A stretch of DNA of 55,701 nucleotides from a virus (IMGVR_UViG_3300031740_000002:1-55701), one strand, 5' to 3'. Numbered from the stretch's first letter, positions 45,051 through 55,561 are shown. Numbers and translations are program-made. The notes: generated by a model from the letters alone, not told the origin.

Positions 45051-46163
45051 TCAGCGACGTAGGTACGATGCCGTCCTGATCTTAACCTGTCGCTGGATCT
45101 TCACCGCGTCCGTCCAAGCCTCGATCCACCGCCAGGCGTTGCCCTCGACCGTGTAGTCCGCCGCGGCCTGCCGGCCGGCCTGCGTCTGCTCGGCGCGCAG
45201 GTCGTCGTCGTCGAGCAGAGTCTTGGCGCGCTGGTACCACTGCCGCGGGTTGTTGGCCAGGAACCCGACGCCGGTCGTCCGCGCCAGCTCCGCGTATTCG
45301 GCGCGCGGGGAGGCCACCCAGGGCACTCCGCAGGCCATCGCCTCCAGCGGCTTGAGCCACGACTTGGCTGTGTTGAAAACGGTGTCGGCCAGCGGCGCCA
45401 GGACGACACCCATGTTGGCGACCTTGCGCGGATAGTCGTCGAAGTCGGTATTGCCGGCGGTGTCCAGGTCGTCCTCATCAACGGTCATGCCGAAGGCCCG
45501 GTGAAGCATGCCGTCGCCGGGCGCATAACCGTAGTTCGGCCCGACGCCCCAGTACTTGTAGCCCTCCCGGATCAGCCTGGCCACGGCCGCCCCGAGCACC
45601 GGCAGATCGCTCGGGTGCGAGTGGATCGAGCCGGGCCAGCCGAAGGTCGCCCGGTCCACATGCTCGATACCCAGGTAGCCGCGCGGGACGGTGTTGCGCA
45701 CCACTACGCCGCGCCCATGCGGTGCGTAGGTCTTGAGCAGCGCCGGCGTGGAGACGGTAACCATGGTGGCGTCCAGACAGGCCTGGACAGCGTTCTCCCA
45801 GTTGTGCTGCACCACGCCCATGTCTTTGCGCATCGCGACCCAGGCCGGATTGGACGGGTCGATGCGGGCAAGATCGTCGTCCATGTCGACGATGACGGCC
45901 ACCCCCTGATCGCGCAGCAGGGGAATGCCCGAGGCCAGGTTGAGCATCGAGACACGCTGCAACACGATCGCCTCGGCGTCGGGCGGCACGAAGGCCGATA
46001 CGGCGCGGTTGGTGCGTAGGTCGATGTCCCCGCCGATGCCCTGCCGCGAACCGGGCATGACAATCTTGACGTCGTGGCCCTGCGCCGCGGCGGCCGCGGC
46101 CGGCCAGATCATCCGGTAGTGCCCGCAGCCGTACTTGTCGGCGGGGTAGACATAGATCGTCAC
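45051..46163 (-). CDS. Glycosyltransferase, GT-B type
   Basis: GCGHYR, DMDD, APLADTVFNTAKSWLKPLE, GVPWVAS. Confidence 0.88.
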   Translation of the reverse strand: MTIYVYPADKYGCGHYRMIWPAAAAAAQGHDVKIVMPGSRQGIGGDIDLRTNRAVSAFVPPDAEAIVLQRVSMLNLASGIPLLRDQGVAVIVDMDDDLARIDPSNPAWVAMRKDMGVVQHNWENAVQACLDATMVTVSTPALLKTYAPHGRGVVVRNTVPRGYLGIEHVDRATFGWPGSIHSHPSDLPVLGAAVARLIREGYKYWGVGPNYGYAPGDGMLHRAFGMTVDEDDLDTAGNTDFDDYPRKVANMGVVLAPLADTVFNTAKSWLKPLEAMACGVPWVASPRAEYAELARTTGVGFLANNPRQWYQRAKTLLDDDDLRAEQTQAGRQAAADYTVEGNAWRWIEAWTDAVKIQRQVKIRTASYLRR

Positions 46164-46294
46164 GAGCTACCGGCCCGGCGCTTCAGAGCTGCTCTCCGTC
46201 GCTGCGCGGGTCTGAGAATCAGGTAGTAGGCGGTGAGGACGCCGGCCATGAGGCCAGCGAATCCCCCACCGAGCACCGCGAGCGCGTATTTCAT
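46160..46294 (-). CDS. 44-aa single-TM protein
   Basis: ATGA and GTGA overlaps with both flanking GT genes; translated by hand. Confidence 0.6.
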   Translation of the reverse strand: MKYALAVLGGGFAGLMAGVLTAYYLILRPAQRRRAALKRRAGSS

Positions 46295-46995
46295 GGTGTA
46301 GCCCTAGCCGTACTCGCGGCCTGGGCGATGAGGTGCTGGGCGTCCGGCGCGTCGTCGCCGCGGTCCGGCATGCCCGAGGTGTTGCCCGGCTTGCTGGTGC
46401 CGGGTAGCTGGTGGTGCGTCCAGAGCCAGGTCTTGCGTACGAGATGGCCGACCCTGGCGCCGGCCTTGACGCACTCCAGGGTGAAGTAGCGATCGTCGCC
46501 GGCATTCTCGCTGTGACCGCGGTCGAGGTTGACGAAGCCGACCTGTTGGGCCAACTCGGTGCGGACCAGGGTGGTGATCGTCGTTTCGATCGGATTCTCC
46601 GGATCGAACGGGTCGAGGTAGTGGCTCATCGGGAAGATCGGGTCATCGTCGAGTACGCGGGTCGTGCCGTTGCCGAGCTGTTGTACGACCTTGAACCACG
46701 AATAGACGTAGTCGACCTGCCTGTCGAGGGCGTACTTGAGTAGCAGTTCCAGGTGTCGCGGCAGGAACGCGTCGTCCGAGTCGAGGAAGGCCACCCAGTC
46801 CGTACGCGCCTGCATCAGCGCGTGCTGGCGGGTCGGAGCGCTGCCCTGCTTGTCGATGTCGATGGCGATGCAGATCGCGTCGGGCAGCAGGGTCTGGGCG
46901 TAGACGGAGCGGTGCGCGCGTTCCAGCATCCCCGAGGTGATGCGGGCCGGATGTGCTGGCGTGACCACCGAGATGGTCTGTCGAGGCTTCGGCAT
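46291..46995 (-). CDS. Glycosyltransferase family 2
   Basis: ISVVTP, SVYAQT, WVAFLDSDD. Confidence 0.88.
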   Translation of the reverse strand: MPKPRQTISVVTPAHPARITSGMLERAHRSVYAQTLLPDAICIAIDIDKQGSAPTRQHALMQARTDWVAFLDSDDAFLPRHLELLLKYALDRQVDYVYSWFKVVQQLGNGTTRVLDDDPIFPMSHYLDPFDPENPIETTITTLVRTELAQQVGFVNLDRGHSENAGDDRYFTLECVKAGARVGHLVRKTWLWTHHQLPGTSKPGNTSGMPDRGDDAPDAQHLIAQAASTARATP

Positions 46996-47035
46996 GTCCA
47001 GAGGCTACGTGACAAGCTGGTGACGGATCAAGCGG

Positions 47036-47815
47036 TCATGAGCCGTGCGCGCGCAGCTCCCACCATTTCGACCAGGGCAGGTCGTAGTTGATGCGTAGCG
47101 GCTTGAGCATGGCGCCGTTGCCGTTGGTCGCCCACGGCTCGGCTGCTGCGTGCATCAGCACGGGCAGGCTGACCTGATCCTGGTGCGACCACGTCAGGTT
47201 GTGATGCCACCACTCAGCACCCAGGGCGAACGTGGCCACGCTGTGGCGGCGTACGCAGTGCCCGGTGGCCATGAGGCCCCAATGCTCCGGATGCTTCCAC
47301 TCGTCGCGGTAGTGGGCGACCTGACGCAGCAGGGCGGCGCGGTCGTAGCGCGGCAAAGTCGAGGAGTACACACCTTCGTCCAGCGCGCAGTCACGCCACG
47401 GGTGGCGCACCATGGACCAGTCGTCCCCGCCCAGAGCGTCGAGGTTGCGCTTGACGAACTGGCCGACCGTGACGCTCATGTTGGCGTCGAGCCAGATGCT
47501 GGCGACGTCGTAGCGCGCGGAGTGCCGCACGCCGGCGAAGTAGGCGGCCATGTTCGGGTGGCACTTCCACCACTTGTGTCTAAGCATCGGCAGCGTGATG
47601 AGCGGGTCACCGTTGGCAGGGTTGGGCTGGATGTGATCGTCAGGCTCGGCCAGGATGACCTGCCAGCCGCGGCCAACCTGCAGATCGACGTCATCGGTGA
47701 ACACGAAGGCCGGCGCATCGATGTCGCCGGGCAGGTCGGTCACCCGCGCCTCGTAGCCGCCGTAGACGGCGGTGTAGATCATGACCTTCTCGATGGGCAG
47801 CGCCGGCCACTTCAT
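47036..47815 (-). CDS. DUF616-like glycosyltransferase
   Basis: YTAVYGGY, FTD, SIWLDAN, HPWRDC, DQVSLP. Confidence 0.8.
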   Translation of the reverse strand: MKWPALPIEKVMIYTAVYGGYEARVTDLPGDIDAPAFVFTDDVDLQVGRGWQVILAEPDDHIQPNPANGDPLITLPMLRHKWWKCHPNMAAYFAGVRHSARYDVASIWLDANMSVTVGQFVKRNLDALGGDDWSMVRHPWRDCALDEGVYSSTLPRYDRAALLRQVAHYRDEWKHPEHWGLMATGHCVRRHSVATFALGAEWWHHNLTWSHQDQVSLPVLMHAAAEPWATNGNGAMLKPLRINYDLPWSKWWELRAHGS

Positions 47816-48678
47816 CCCAGAGCCAACGACTCGTAGGACCGGGCAGCCTCGGCGATCAGGCCGGCGTCAAACTGTGGGCGCCAGCCCAGCAGCGCCCAGC
47901 CCTCGCCGTCGGCGCAGACGGTGGACTCGACCTCGCCGTCGCGCATCGGCAGATAGTCGATGTCGGGCTGGAACCAACCGGTCGCCTTCGCCACCAGATG
48001 GGCCACGTGGAGCACGCTCACGGCCTGACCTGTGCCGCCGTCGAAAACCAGATTGGCCCTCGCGCCGGCCTTGACGTTGTCCGGCGTTATCCAACCGCGG
48101 GCGTGCGGGATCGCGTCGATGAGCATGCGCGCGATGTCGTCGACATGGATCATGTCGACGGTCTGGTAGCCGGTGCCCCAGATCGGCAGCGGCTGACGGC
48201 GCCAGGCGTGCACGGCGAAGGTCGGCAGGATCTTCTGGGGATGCCCGACGCCGAAGCGCTGGCCCGGACCGTAGGCGTTGAAGGCGCGTACGTGGGCCAT
48301 CCGCAGCCCGCGCGAGTGGTGCAGCGCGTCGGCCAGCCGCTTGGCCGCGATCTTCGTCGCGGTGTAGATCGACGGGAACACGTCGGGCATCAGGATGCCG
48401 ATGTAGACCGCGTCGTTTCGCACGCACCACTGCATGACGTTGAGCGCGCCCAGGACGTTGACCTCGACGGCCTTCATTGCGTCGTCGAACAGTTCGGCCG
48501 TACCGAGCACGCCGGCCAGATGGATGACGGCGTCGGCGCCCTTCAGACCGGACAGATCGCCCATGATGTTGCCGCCGGTGTCGCGGTCCACCGACCAGGC
48601 GGTGTGTCCGCGGGCCTGCGCCGCGGCGATGGTGGCCGCACCGATGAAGCCCGCGCCGCCCGTGACTGCGATATGCAT
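47812..48678 (-). CDS. NAD-dependent epimerase/dehydratase
   Basis: TGGAGFIG, HLAG, YTATK, NAYGPGQ. Confidence 0.92.
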   Translation of the reverse strand: MHIAVTGGAGFIGAATIAAAQARGHTAWSVDRDTGGNIMGDLSGLKGADAVIHLAGVLGTAELFDDAMKAVEVNVLGALNVMQWCVRNDAVYIGILMPDVFPSIYTATKIAAKRLADALHHSRGLRMAHVRAFNAYGPGQRFGVGHPQKILPTFAVHAWRRQPLPIWGTGYQTVDMIHVDDIARMLIDAIPHARGWITPDNVKAGARANLVFDGGTGQAVSVLHVAHLVAKATGWFQPDIDYLPMRDGEVESTVCADGEGWALLGWRPQFDAGLIAEAARSYESLALG

Positions 48679-48687
48679 GCCCGCTCC

Positions 48688-49347
48688 CTACTTGCCGGCG
48701 ATGTAGTCGAGGAATGACTCAGCGCTGTGGACCCTCAGTGCGCCGCCGCGTGTGATCACATCATCGGGCACCCGTGTGACCGTCGTCCACCTCTCGATGA
48801 TCTCTGCGACCGACACCGGCGTGTCGAAGATCCAGCCGCCGGTCGGCGAAAAGCCTGTGACGACGAGCAGGCCGGTAGCGGACGCGTCGACCAGCATGCA
48901 GTCGAGATCAGGCCGGTGCTCGGCCAGAATGTAGATCAGTTTCCAGACGTCGCCGGTCCAGTCGCCGGGCGGCTGCACGCGCTCGGCGATGGCCTGGCCG
49001 TAGGGCAGCACGTCATCGAAGACAACCACGGTATCGGGGTGCGACTGCATTTCGATGTGGATGAAGTCCCACAGCGCATCCTCGAAAAGGTGCGACCCGT
49101 CGATGAACGCCAGATCGATCTTCGGTCGCTCGCACTGGACGCAGTCGAAGTAATCGACACCGTAGAGCTTCTGGTTGGGGCGGGCGTTGCGGGAGTCGAA
49201 CCAGCGCAGGTCGGGCTCTACCCCGATGGCCATCCCCGCCTTCTCGGCGAGCGCCAGGGATGCACCGGTCTGGACTCCGACCTCGAGATAGACCTCCGGG
49301 CGCAGAATGGCGTGCAGTTCGGCCAGGACCTGGTGACGCGTCAGCAT
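48688..49347 (-). CDS. Class I SAM methyltransferase (Methyltransf_24-like)
   Basis: YLEVGV..G, FIDGSH, FDD, WTGDVWK. Confidence 0.88.
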   Translation of the reverse strand: MLTRHQVLAELHAILRPEVYLEVGVQTGASLALAEKAGMAIGVEPDLRWFDSRNARPNQKLYGVDYFDCVQCERPKIDLAFIDGSHLFEDALWDFIHIEMQSHPDTVVVFDDVLPYGQAIAERVQPPGDWTGDVWKLIYILAEHRPDLDCMLVDASATGLLVVTGFSPTGGWIFDTPVSVAEIIERWTTVTRVPDDVITRGGALRVHSAESFLDYIAGK

Positions 49348-49390
49348 GTTGTCACTATGTCAGGTGGCGCGCCGACGCGCCAGATCCGGC

Positions 49391-50110
49391 TCACCACGGC
49401 GCCGGCTGCACCCACTTCTCCTCGAAGGCGAGGCGGTCCAGGCCGCACCGCGCGCCCAGCTCAGGCTTGACCGCGGTCCAATGGTCCGGCTCGCGGTTGG
49501 GTACGGTATGCGTGCCTACCAGCACCATGCCGCCGTGCTGGCGTGCCTGCCAGTCGATGTCGGTGTCCCCCCACCACCACTGGAAGCGCTCATCCGGCAG
49601 GACCGGCGAGCGACCGTCCAGGATGAACGCCCAGCCCGGCATGCGCCCCATGAGGTCACGGTCAGGCGTGGTCTTGATCCTGGGAGGGCCACCGAACGGC
49701 CAGGGCGACGTGGCGCCGGCCACCGCGCCAGTCGACACCATGGCCTCGACCACGACGTCGAACCAGCCCGGCGGTGGTGGCGCGTCGTCGCACAGGAAGG
49801 CCACCCAGAACGGCGGAAGCACGTCAGCAACTACGGGTTCCCGGATCGCCTTCAGACGGTTGGCCTCCGACCAGTCCGGCAGGCACCTGGCCATCCCGGC
49901 ACGCCACAGCTCGGACAGGTTGGGCGGCTGGGTGAGCACACGCAGCACGACCGCTTTCCGGTCGCCAGCCGGCAGCGCGTCCAGGCGCACGGCTGGATCC
50001 GAGGCGTTGTCGATGACCACGACCATGTCCACCTGTGGCCCGATCGCGGCCACCGTCTCGGCCAGCAGTGCCGGCCGGTTGTGCGTCAGGATCACTGCGA
50101 ATCGGTGCAC
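49391..50110 (-). CDS. Glycosyltransferase family 2-like
   Basis: ILTHNRP, VVIDNAS, FLCDD, WWGDTD. Confidence 0.82.
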   Translation of the reverse strand: MHRFAVILTHNRPALLAETVAAIGPQVDMVVVIDNASDPAVRLDALPAGDRKAVVLRVLTQPPNLSELWRAGMARCLPDWSEANRLKAIREPVVADVLPPFWVAFLCDDAPPPPGWFDVVVEAMVSTGAVAGATSPWPFGGPPRIKTTPDRDLMGRMPGWAFILDGRSPVLPDERFQWWWGDTDIDWQARQHGGMVLVGTHTVPNREPDHWTAVKPELGARCGLDRLAFEEKWVQPAPW

Positions 50111-50117
50111 CGCGCCC

Positions 50118-50807
50118 TCAGATCTGTACTGCGTTGGTGTAGCGGGATGCCGGTCCGACGTAGCGGACCTCCATGTAACGGATGCGGGTGGCGTTGGCGT
50201 TACTGACCACGGTGCCGGTGCTGGCCGCAAGAGTGCAGACGATCGCGCTGACGACCTCGACGGCGGTCGCGTTGCGTACGATGATCCTATCCAGAGTCGT
50301 AGTGCCCTGGCCTGCCGTGAGGTGGTTCTGGTTGGCCGTCACGTCGGACAGGTCGGTACCGACCAGGGTGCCCTTTCGCACGCGGCGCTGGGCGGTGTTG
50401 CTGGCTACGCTGCCGGTGATGGCCGGGTGGAAGACGATCACCTCGTAGGCGCACCCGGCCTGCCAGCGGATCGAGTTGCTGGTGAGCGCGACGGCCTCGG
50501 CGCCGATCGCCGCGGTCGCGGTGACCGAACTGACGTAGTCGACGAGCTCGCCAGAGGCGGGCTGGACGGAACCGACGATGAAGTTCGCAGCCGGAGGAAC
50601 CTTGTCGACGTAGACGCGCTGATTGGTGAGCAGTGGTCCGATCATCGGCACGGCGTTGACCGGCACGCTGTCGCCGTCGATGGTCACGGTGGGGGCGTTC
50701 GGGTCCTCCACGGTGGCCAGGACACGCTCCCAGGTCAGCCCGAGCCGGCGCGCGTTGTCGACAATGGCGCGGGCTATGTCGATCGATCGCTGGTCAGGAT
50801 GGGTCAT
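50118..50807 (-). CDS. Minor tail protein
   Basis: Coupled to tail genes; beta-rich. Confidence 0.6.
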   Translation of the reverse strand: MTHPDQRSIDIARAIVDNARRLGLTWERVLATVEDPNAPTVTIDGDSVPVNAVPMIGPLLTNQRVYVDKVPPAANFIVGSVQPASGELVDYVSSVTATAAIGAEAVALTSNSIRWQAGCAYEVIVFHPAITGSVASNTAQRRVRKGTLVGTDLSDVTANQNHLTAGQGTTTLDRIIVRNATAVEVVSAIVCTLAASTGTVVSNANATRIRYMEVRYVGPASRYTNAVQI

Positions 50808-51894
50808 AGGATTTCCGCATCACATGGGCCATGGGCTCGCCCTCCAGCAGGGTCAGCGACCAGGCGATCTCGAGCCAGTTCGCGCCGTCCCAGCGGATCA
50901 CGTTGTACGAGTCGTGACGTGGGTCCGGCGGCGTGTTGAGCGTGACCGTCTCGGCAATGGTCTGACGTTGCGCCAGGCCCTGCGCCACGGCGGTGGCCTG
51001 GTTGCCGTCGGCGAGCTGCAGGGTCCGCACGTCGGGGATGGCGAAGCCTCTGTTGACCACCGAGTTGGGCGCGGAGTTGGGCACTGCGGCCCTCCCGACT
51101 ACCGGCTGGTTCGGGTCGTTGGCCGCATTTGACGTGATGATGAAGACGTTGGGCGCGGTGAGCAGATCGCTGCTGTGCATGATCGAGTCACGCTCCACGC
51201 GCGGCCACCGGTCCAGGTCGATGTCGGGCACGCGCAGCGCCGGATCGAACGTGCGCTGGAAGCGCAGCACGCCGGTGTTGTCCAGCCACGGTGACCAGAA
51301 GTCGCCGGTAACCGACAGCGCCTCCAGAACCTGGCTGCCCCGGTGCGCCCCGATCGCCCAGGACTCGACGGAGCTGTACGGGCTGGCCTCGACCTCAATA
51401 TGTACGTCGATGCCGGCCATGGCCGCGGCGATGACGGCCACGGTGGGCCGGCCAGCGCCGGTCAGGCCCTGCTCGATCTGCTGGTCGATGCGGAACATCT
51501 CGTCATACAGACGCTCGGTGCCCAGGTCGCCCGAGGTGAACTTCTGCCGCGAGTCGTCGGCGAACATGTAGCGCCCGAGCGGGTAGGCGTTGTTACCGAT
51601 CAGCATGAACGGGCTCACCCGGTCACGCACCGGGTCGATCGCCGCGGTGTCGGCGCGGCCAAGGGAGAAGCTGAGCTCGCGCTTGATGACGCGACTGGTG
51701 TCGTGGGTGAGTTGGGCGGGCCGGATGGGTGCGAGGTCGCCGAGGATCTCGCCGGTAATGCCGTCGGTCAGGGCGAAGGCATAGGTGGCCACCCGCTGGC
51801 CGACGGCTTCGTTCAGGTCGAACTGGGGGTTGTAGGGCGACGTGACCAGGGCGCCCAGGCCCGGCCACGCTGCGCCTACGCTGGGCGCCGTCAT
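50794..51894 (-). CDS. Minor tail protein (hub-like)
   Basis: YPLGRY, PWLDNTG, PDPRH motifs; ATGA coupled. Confidence 0.7.
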   Translation of the reverse strand: MTAPSVGAAWPGLGALVTSPYNPQFDLNEAVGQRVATYAFALTDGITGEILGDLAPIRPAQLTHDTSRVIKRELSFSLGRADTAAIDPVRDRVSPFMLIGNNAYPLGRYMFADDSRQKFTSGDLGTERLYDEMFRIDQQIEQGLTGAGRPTVAVIAAAMAGIDVHIEVEASPYSSVESWAIGAHRGSQVLEALSVTGDFWSPWLDNTGVLRFQRTFDPALRVPDIDLDRWPRVERDSIMHSSDLLTAPNVFIITSNAANDPNQPVVGRAAVPNSAPNSVVNRGFAIPDVRTLQLADGNQATAVAQGLAQRQTIAETVTLNTPPDPRHDSYNVIRWDGANWLEIAWSLTLLEGEPMAHVMRKSYDPS

Positions 51895-54800
51895 GGGTTG
51901 ACCGGGTAGGGCGAGACGTTGGTTTCCACGATCTCGATGCGCGCCAGGTAGGTGGTGCGCACGTTGCGCACGTTGACGTTGGGGACGCGCACGCTGGAGT
52001 ACCAGCGGTCGCCGATGTCGTCGCGCACGCACACGTAGGGCAGATCGTCCCAGGCCAGATCGCGGATCGTCTTCGCGTCGGCGAGGCGGACCGGCGAGAT
52101 GGCCGCGGCCTGCAGCTGCACGACGCGGGTGAAGGTTTCCAGGCCGCGCTCTGTGCCGTGGAAGGCGATGGAGCCGTCCCGGCCGTAGACAGGCTGGTAG
52201 CGCACCATGTCCGCCTCGGGCAGTCCGAACGCCTCTACCGGCTCGTTGTCCCAGGCCATCAGGTAGGCCGCATTGTTCGCGCCGGTCTGGTCCGCGTTGG
52301 ACGTGAAGATCAACGATCCGGTCATGGCGCACCCGCCACCACCGCTGACGCCCGGCGCCACAGGCGCGCCGGACACCATGGCCGACCACGGACCGGCGAA
52401 ATTCAGGATGTTGAGCATGCGTATGCGGTAGACCGACGTGATGCCCACGCGGGCCTCGAAGTCTTTGAAGCTGGTCACGCCGGCCGAGGTCGCAAGCATG
52501 ATCGTCTCAAAGTCGTCGCCGACCATGGTGGTGTCCCAGCGCTGCATCTCGTACGCGCCGAAGTTCCAGGTCGACGGCGTGACGGTGAAATCGTCGTAGG
52601 ACATGACCGCGTCGGAGTTGGTGTTGCCGGTGGTGCGGATGGAGCGCAGGCCGAAACCGCCGGTGCTCCACACCGCCGGCGCGTCGGCCTGGTAGCCGGC
52701 CGGCTCCGGGTTGTTCACCGGCCACGCCTTCGCCCGGACCGTCGTGCCGTTGAAATCGACGTCCAGGTACCACTCGTCGTTGGCCGCGATCGCGCCGACG
52801 TTGATGTTCGTGAGGCTGGTCTGAGTGCCGCCGGTGAAGCTGCCGATGACGATTTCCAGGGTGCCGCTGGTGGCGAAACGGAAGTCGACGAGATCGTAGT
52901 TGCTGGTGTCGACGAAGTGACCGATGATGGTGGCCCGGATCGAGGCCCCGGCGGTGACCACGTTCAGGGACGCCTTCACCCGGATGTGCAGGTCGGTGTA
53001 GGCCACGCCGCTGATGACGGATCTTCGGCTGACGTTGGCGCTGGTGAGCACGTGGGTGCCCTTGGTGCCGGTGGTGATGTAGTCGCCCTCGACGGTGCCG
53101 CCGACGTCCAGCCAGGCGGGTCCGCTGTCGGGTGTGCCCCAACCGGTGGCGGCGCGGCTGAACGTGTCCAGGAAGGTGGTTCCGCCGGCCGGCGGGCTCC
53201 AGGACAGCGCGTTGTAGCCGATGCCGGAGGGGATGCAGCAGTCCAGCCCGTTACAGCCCAGACCTATCCCGGTGACGCTCTGGGTTGCCTGGGACAGGCT
53301 GACGCCGGTGATGGTGGCAGGGTCCTGGCTGAAGATCAGGACGGCGTCGCTGGACTGGTCGATACTGGCGCCCGTCACCCACGCAGAACCCACCCCCTGT
53401 GGCATCCAGGACAGGTAGACGCCGGTGCCAGTGGGCGGCTGGTACGTGGCCGTGCCGAGAGCGTTCGGGCTGGCCACGTAGTTGAGCATGTTGCCGATAG
53501 CGGGCGACCCTGAGATGGCCGGAGCCGAGGCGCCGAGGATCTCCCAGCGGTTGCCCGCGGTCTCGTTCGCCGACGACCAGACCCAGGCGGGCAGGCCGGA
53601 GATCGCGCCCATGGCGGGCGGCGTGGCGAAACGCAGGGTGATCTCTTTCCAGCCGTCGATGATCTCCTGGTAGTCATCCCATTCGGCCGGCGTGATGGTC
53701 ACGCTCGAGCCGGACAGGCTGCCCGCGCCGGTCAGGGTCAGCGGCATGGTGGTGTCGCCGAAGCGGCGGGTGTAGAAACGCACCCACGGGTAGGACGCGG
53801 ACACGCCGCTGATGTCGTCGTAGATCACCTGCGTGGCGGTCTGGCTTCCCCACACCTGCGCGGCGACCTGGCGCCCGTAGACGTGCGGCTCGGTCAGCGT
53901 TCCGCCAGAGGCGTGCACCGAGATCTGCGGCAGCACCATGACCGGCTCAGAGGTGAACGTGTCGCCTACCGCATCCTCGATCGGGAACGGGATGTTGACC
54001 TGCACGCCGGGATGGGGCGGGATCTCGTAGAGCTGGCGCAGCGCGTTCAGGTTGGGCGAGATCGCCGCGTTGGCGATGGTGCTCACGATCGGGCTGGACA
54101 GGGTCAGCAGGTAGTTGCCGGCTGGCAGCACGGGGTTGATCGTGTGCGGGTAGTACGGCGAGCGGAATTCGGGCAGTACGTTCGTTGCCATCTGGTAGGG
54201 CAGAAGTATGGTGGAGCCGCCGACGCGATAGGCGGTGACGGCGAGCCGCTGCTCTTCGCAGTAGAACACCTGCAACGCCACGTAGTTCAGCGACAGGTTG
54301 CCGGTCGTGGTGGTAACGGCGATGCTGCCCAGATTGACTGCGGCGCGACTGGCTGAGCTGGCCTCGAGCTTGCGCAGAGCGTCCCACGTCCAGGGCATCA
54401 ACTGCTTGACGCCGCCACTGGAGAACGCAGCGCTCAACCACCACGGACTGACGCCGCCCATGCTGAGCCTGTTGATCGTCGGTCCGGCGATGTCGCTCAG
54501 GAAGATGTTCTGAACGTTCCCTCCGGGAACGGCGTTGGTGCTGAGCAGATTGCCGTAGAGCTGGCTCTGGGTGGCCGTGTCGTTCTGTATCTGTATCCGG
54601 AAGCTGGGCAGCGTCGGGTCCATGGTCGGAGTCGAGGATGTGTCTGCCGACAGCGCGTAGAGCAGGTGAACGGCGACGATGCGCTTGTTGCTGAGCTGTG
54701 GGTAGCGGTTCACATCGAAGTAACACGAGATGGTCTGCGTTGCTGTGACGTCGAAGGTGAAGGCTGATCCGTCGCCGGGTGACCAGAGCGTGCTCGGGCT

Positions 54801-55109
54801 GGCCGTGCCGGTGGCGCCGGTGGCCGTGACGGAGTTGACCGGAATGATGACACTCTCGATCGGGCCGCTCTGGTCCTCATAGCCGCGCGGGTAGATGGCC
54901 GCCATGTAGTTCTGATTGGAAACCGCTTCGCCCTCGGGCCAGGAGTTGATGTAGAACCTGGCGTTGTCCGGGATGCGCGAGGTGGCCAGCGTGAAACCGT
55001 GGCCCACCTCGACCTCGTTGACCTCGGCCGTGAAGATCAGATTTTCGTCACGGATCGGCACCCACTCCTCGCCGAGGATGTAGGGGGCGCGCGGGTTGTA
55101 GGAGCCCAT
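51891..55109 (-). CDS. Large minor tail protein
   Basis: 1072 aa, Ser/Thr/Gly-rich; lectin-like insert (DTFSR..GWG..RAKAW..EP..Q); first structural gene after tape measure and HNH. Confidence 0.75.
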   Translation of the reverse strand: MGSYNPRAPYILGEEWVPIRDENLIFTAEVNEVEVGHGFTLATSRIPDNARFYINSWPEGEAVSNQNYMAAIYPRGYEDQSGPIESVIIPVNSVTATGATGTASPSTLWSPGDGSAFTFDVTATQTISCYFDVNRYPQLSNKRIVAVHLLYALSADTSSTPTMDPTLPSFRIQIQNDTATQSQLYGNLLSTNAVPGGNVQNIFLSDIAGPTINRLSMGGVSPWWLSAAFSSGGVKQLMPWTWDALRKLEASSASRAAVNLGSIAVTTTTGNLSLNYVALQVFYCEEQRLAVTAYRVGGSTILLPYQMATNVLPEFRSPYYPHTINPVLPAGNYLLTLSSPIVSTIANAAISPNLNALRQLYEIPPHPGVQVNIPFPIEDAVGDTFTSEPVMVLPQISVHASGGTLTEPHVYGRQVAAQVWGSQTATQVIYDDISGVSASYPWVRFYTRRFGDTTMPLTLTGAGSLSGSSVTITPAEWDDYQEIIDGWKEITLRFATPPAMGAISGLPAWVWSSANETAGNRWEILGASAPAISGSPAIGNMLNYVASPNALGTATYQPPTGTGVYLSWMPQGVGSAWVTGASIDQSSDAVLIFSQDPATITGVSLSQATQSVTGIGLGCNGLDCCIPSGIGYNALSWSPPAGGTTFLDTFSRAATGWGTPDSGPAWLDVGGTVEGDYITTGTKGTHVLTSANVSRRSVISGVAYTDLHIRVKASLNVVTAGASIRATIIGHFVDTSNYDLVDFRFATSGTLEIVIGSFTGGTQTSLTNINVGAIAANDEWYLDVDFNGTTVRAKAWPVNNPEPAGYQADAPAVWSTGGFGLRSIRTTGNTNSDAVMSYDDFTVTPSTWNFGAYEMQRWDTTMVGDDFETIMLATSAGVTSFKDFEARVGITSVYRIRMLNILNFAGPWSAMVSGAPVAPGVSGGGGCAMTGSLIFTSNADQTGANNAAYLMAWDNEPVEAFGLPEADMVRYQPVYGRDGSIAFHGTERGLETFTRVVQLQAAAISPVRLADAKTIRDLAWDDLPYVCVRDDIGDRWYSSVRVPNVNVRNVRTTYLARIEIVETNVSPYPVNP

Positions 55110-55110
55110 G

Positions 55111-55560
55111 TCAGCCGGTCCTCAGGGCACGTCGATGTCCGGCCCGAGCGCATGTCCTACAAGTTCGACAGCCACGGTAAAGTCGCGTGTTTTCCTTCGT
55201 GTACTCGTGTCCGCGCGGACAGTGAGTCTTGACCGCGTTAATTTTGCCGCTACCGCTACGCCCCCGCTGTTCGCGGTCTTGGATGTTCTGCCACTGAGAT
55301 CCAATATAGAGATGAGCCGGATTGCAGCATGGCGGATAATCACATTTATGGCATACGACCTCCCTTGAGTCGAGGTGTCCGCCTGCAAGCATGCGCATCA
55401 CCCATCGATGAGCGCCCTGCTGTCGACCATTGAGCATTACGAACTGACCGTGCCCGCTATGCCATCTGGCACCCATCCATGGCCAGCACTGATCAGGACC
55501 GCCCGTAGCGTCCACCCGCGGCCAGAACTTCGCAGCCTCATGCTGTGCCGGCGTCGCCAT
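55111..55560 (-). CDS. HNH homing endonuclease
   Basis: FWPRV..CWPW, AHR, HKCDYPPCCNPAHL..N, KTHCPRGH..CRTC. Confidence 0.92.
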   Translation of the reverse strand: MATPAQHEAAKFWPRVDATGGPDQCWPWMGARWHSGHGQFVMLNGRQQGAHRWVMRMLAGGHLDSREVVCHKCDYPPCCNPAHLYIGSQWQNIQDREQRGRSGSGKINAVKTHCPRGHEYTKENTRLYRGCRTCRTCARAGHRRALRTG

Positions 55561-55561
55561 C

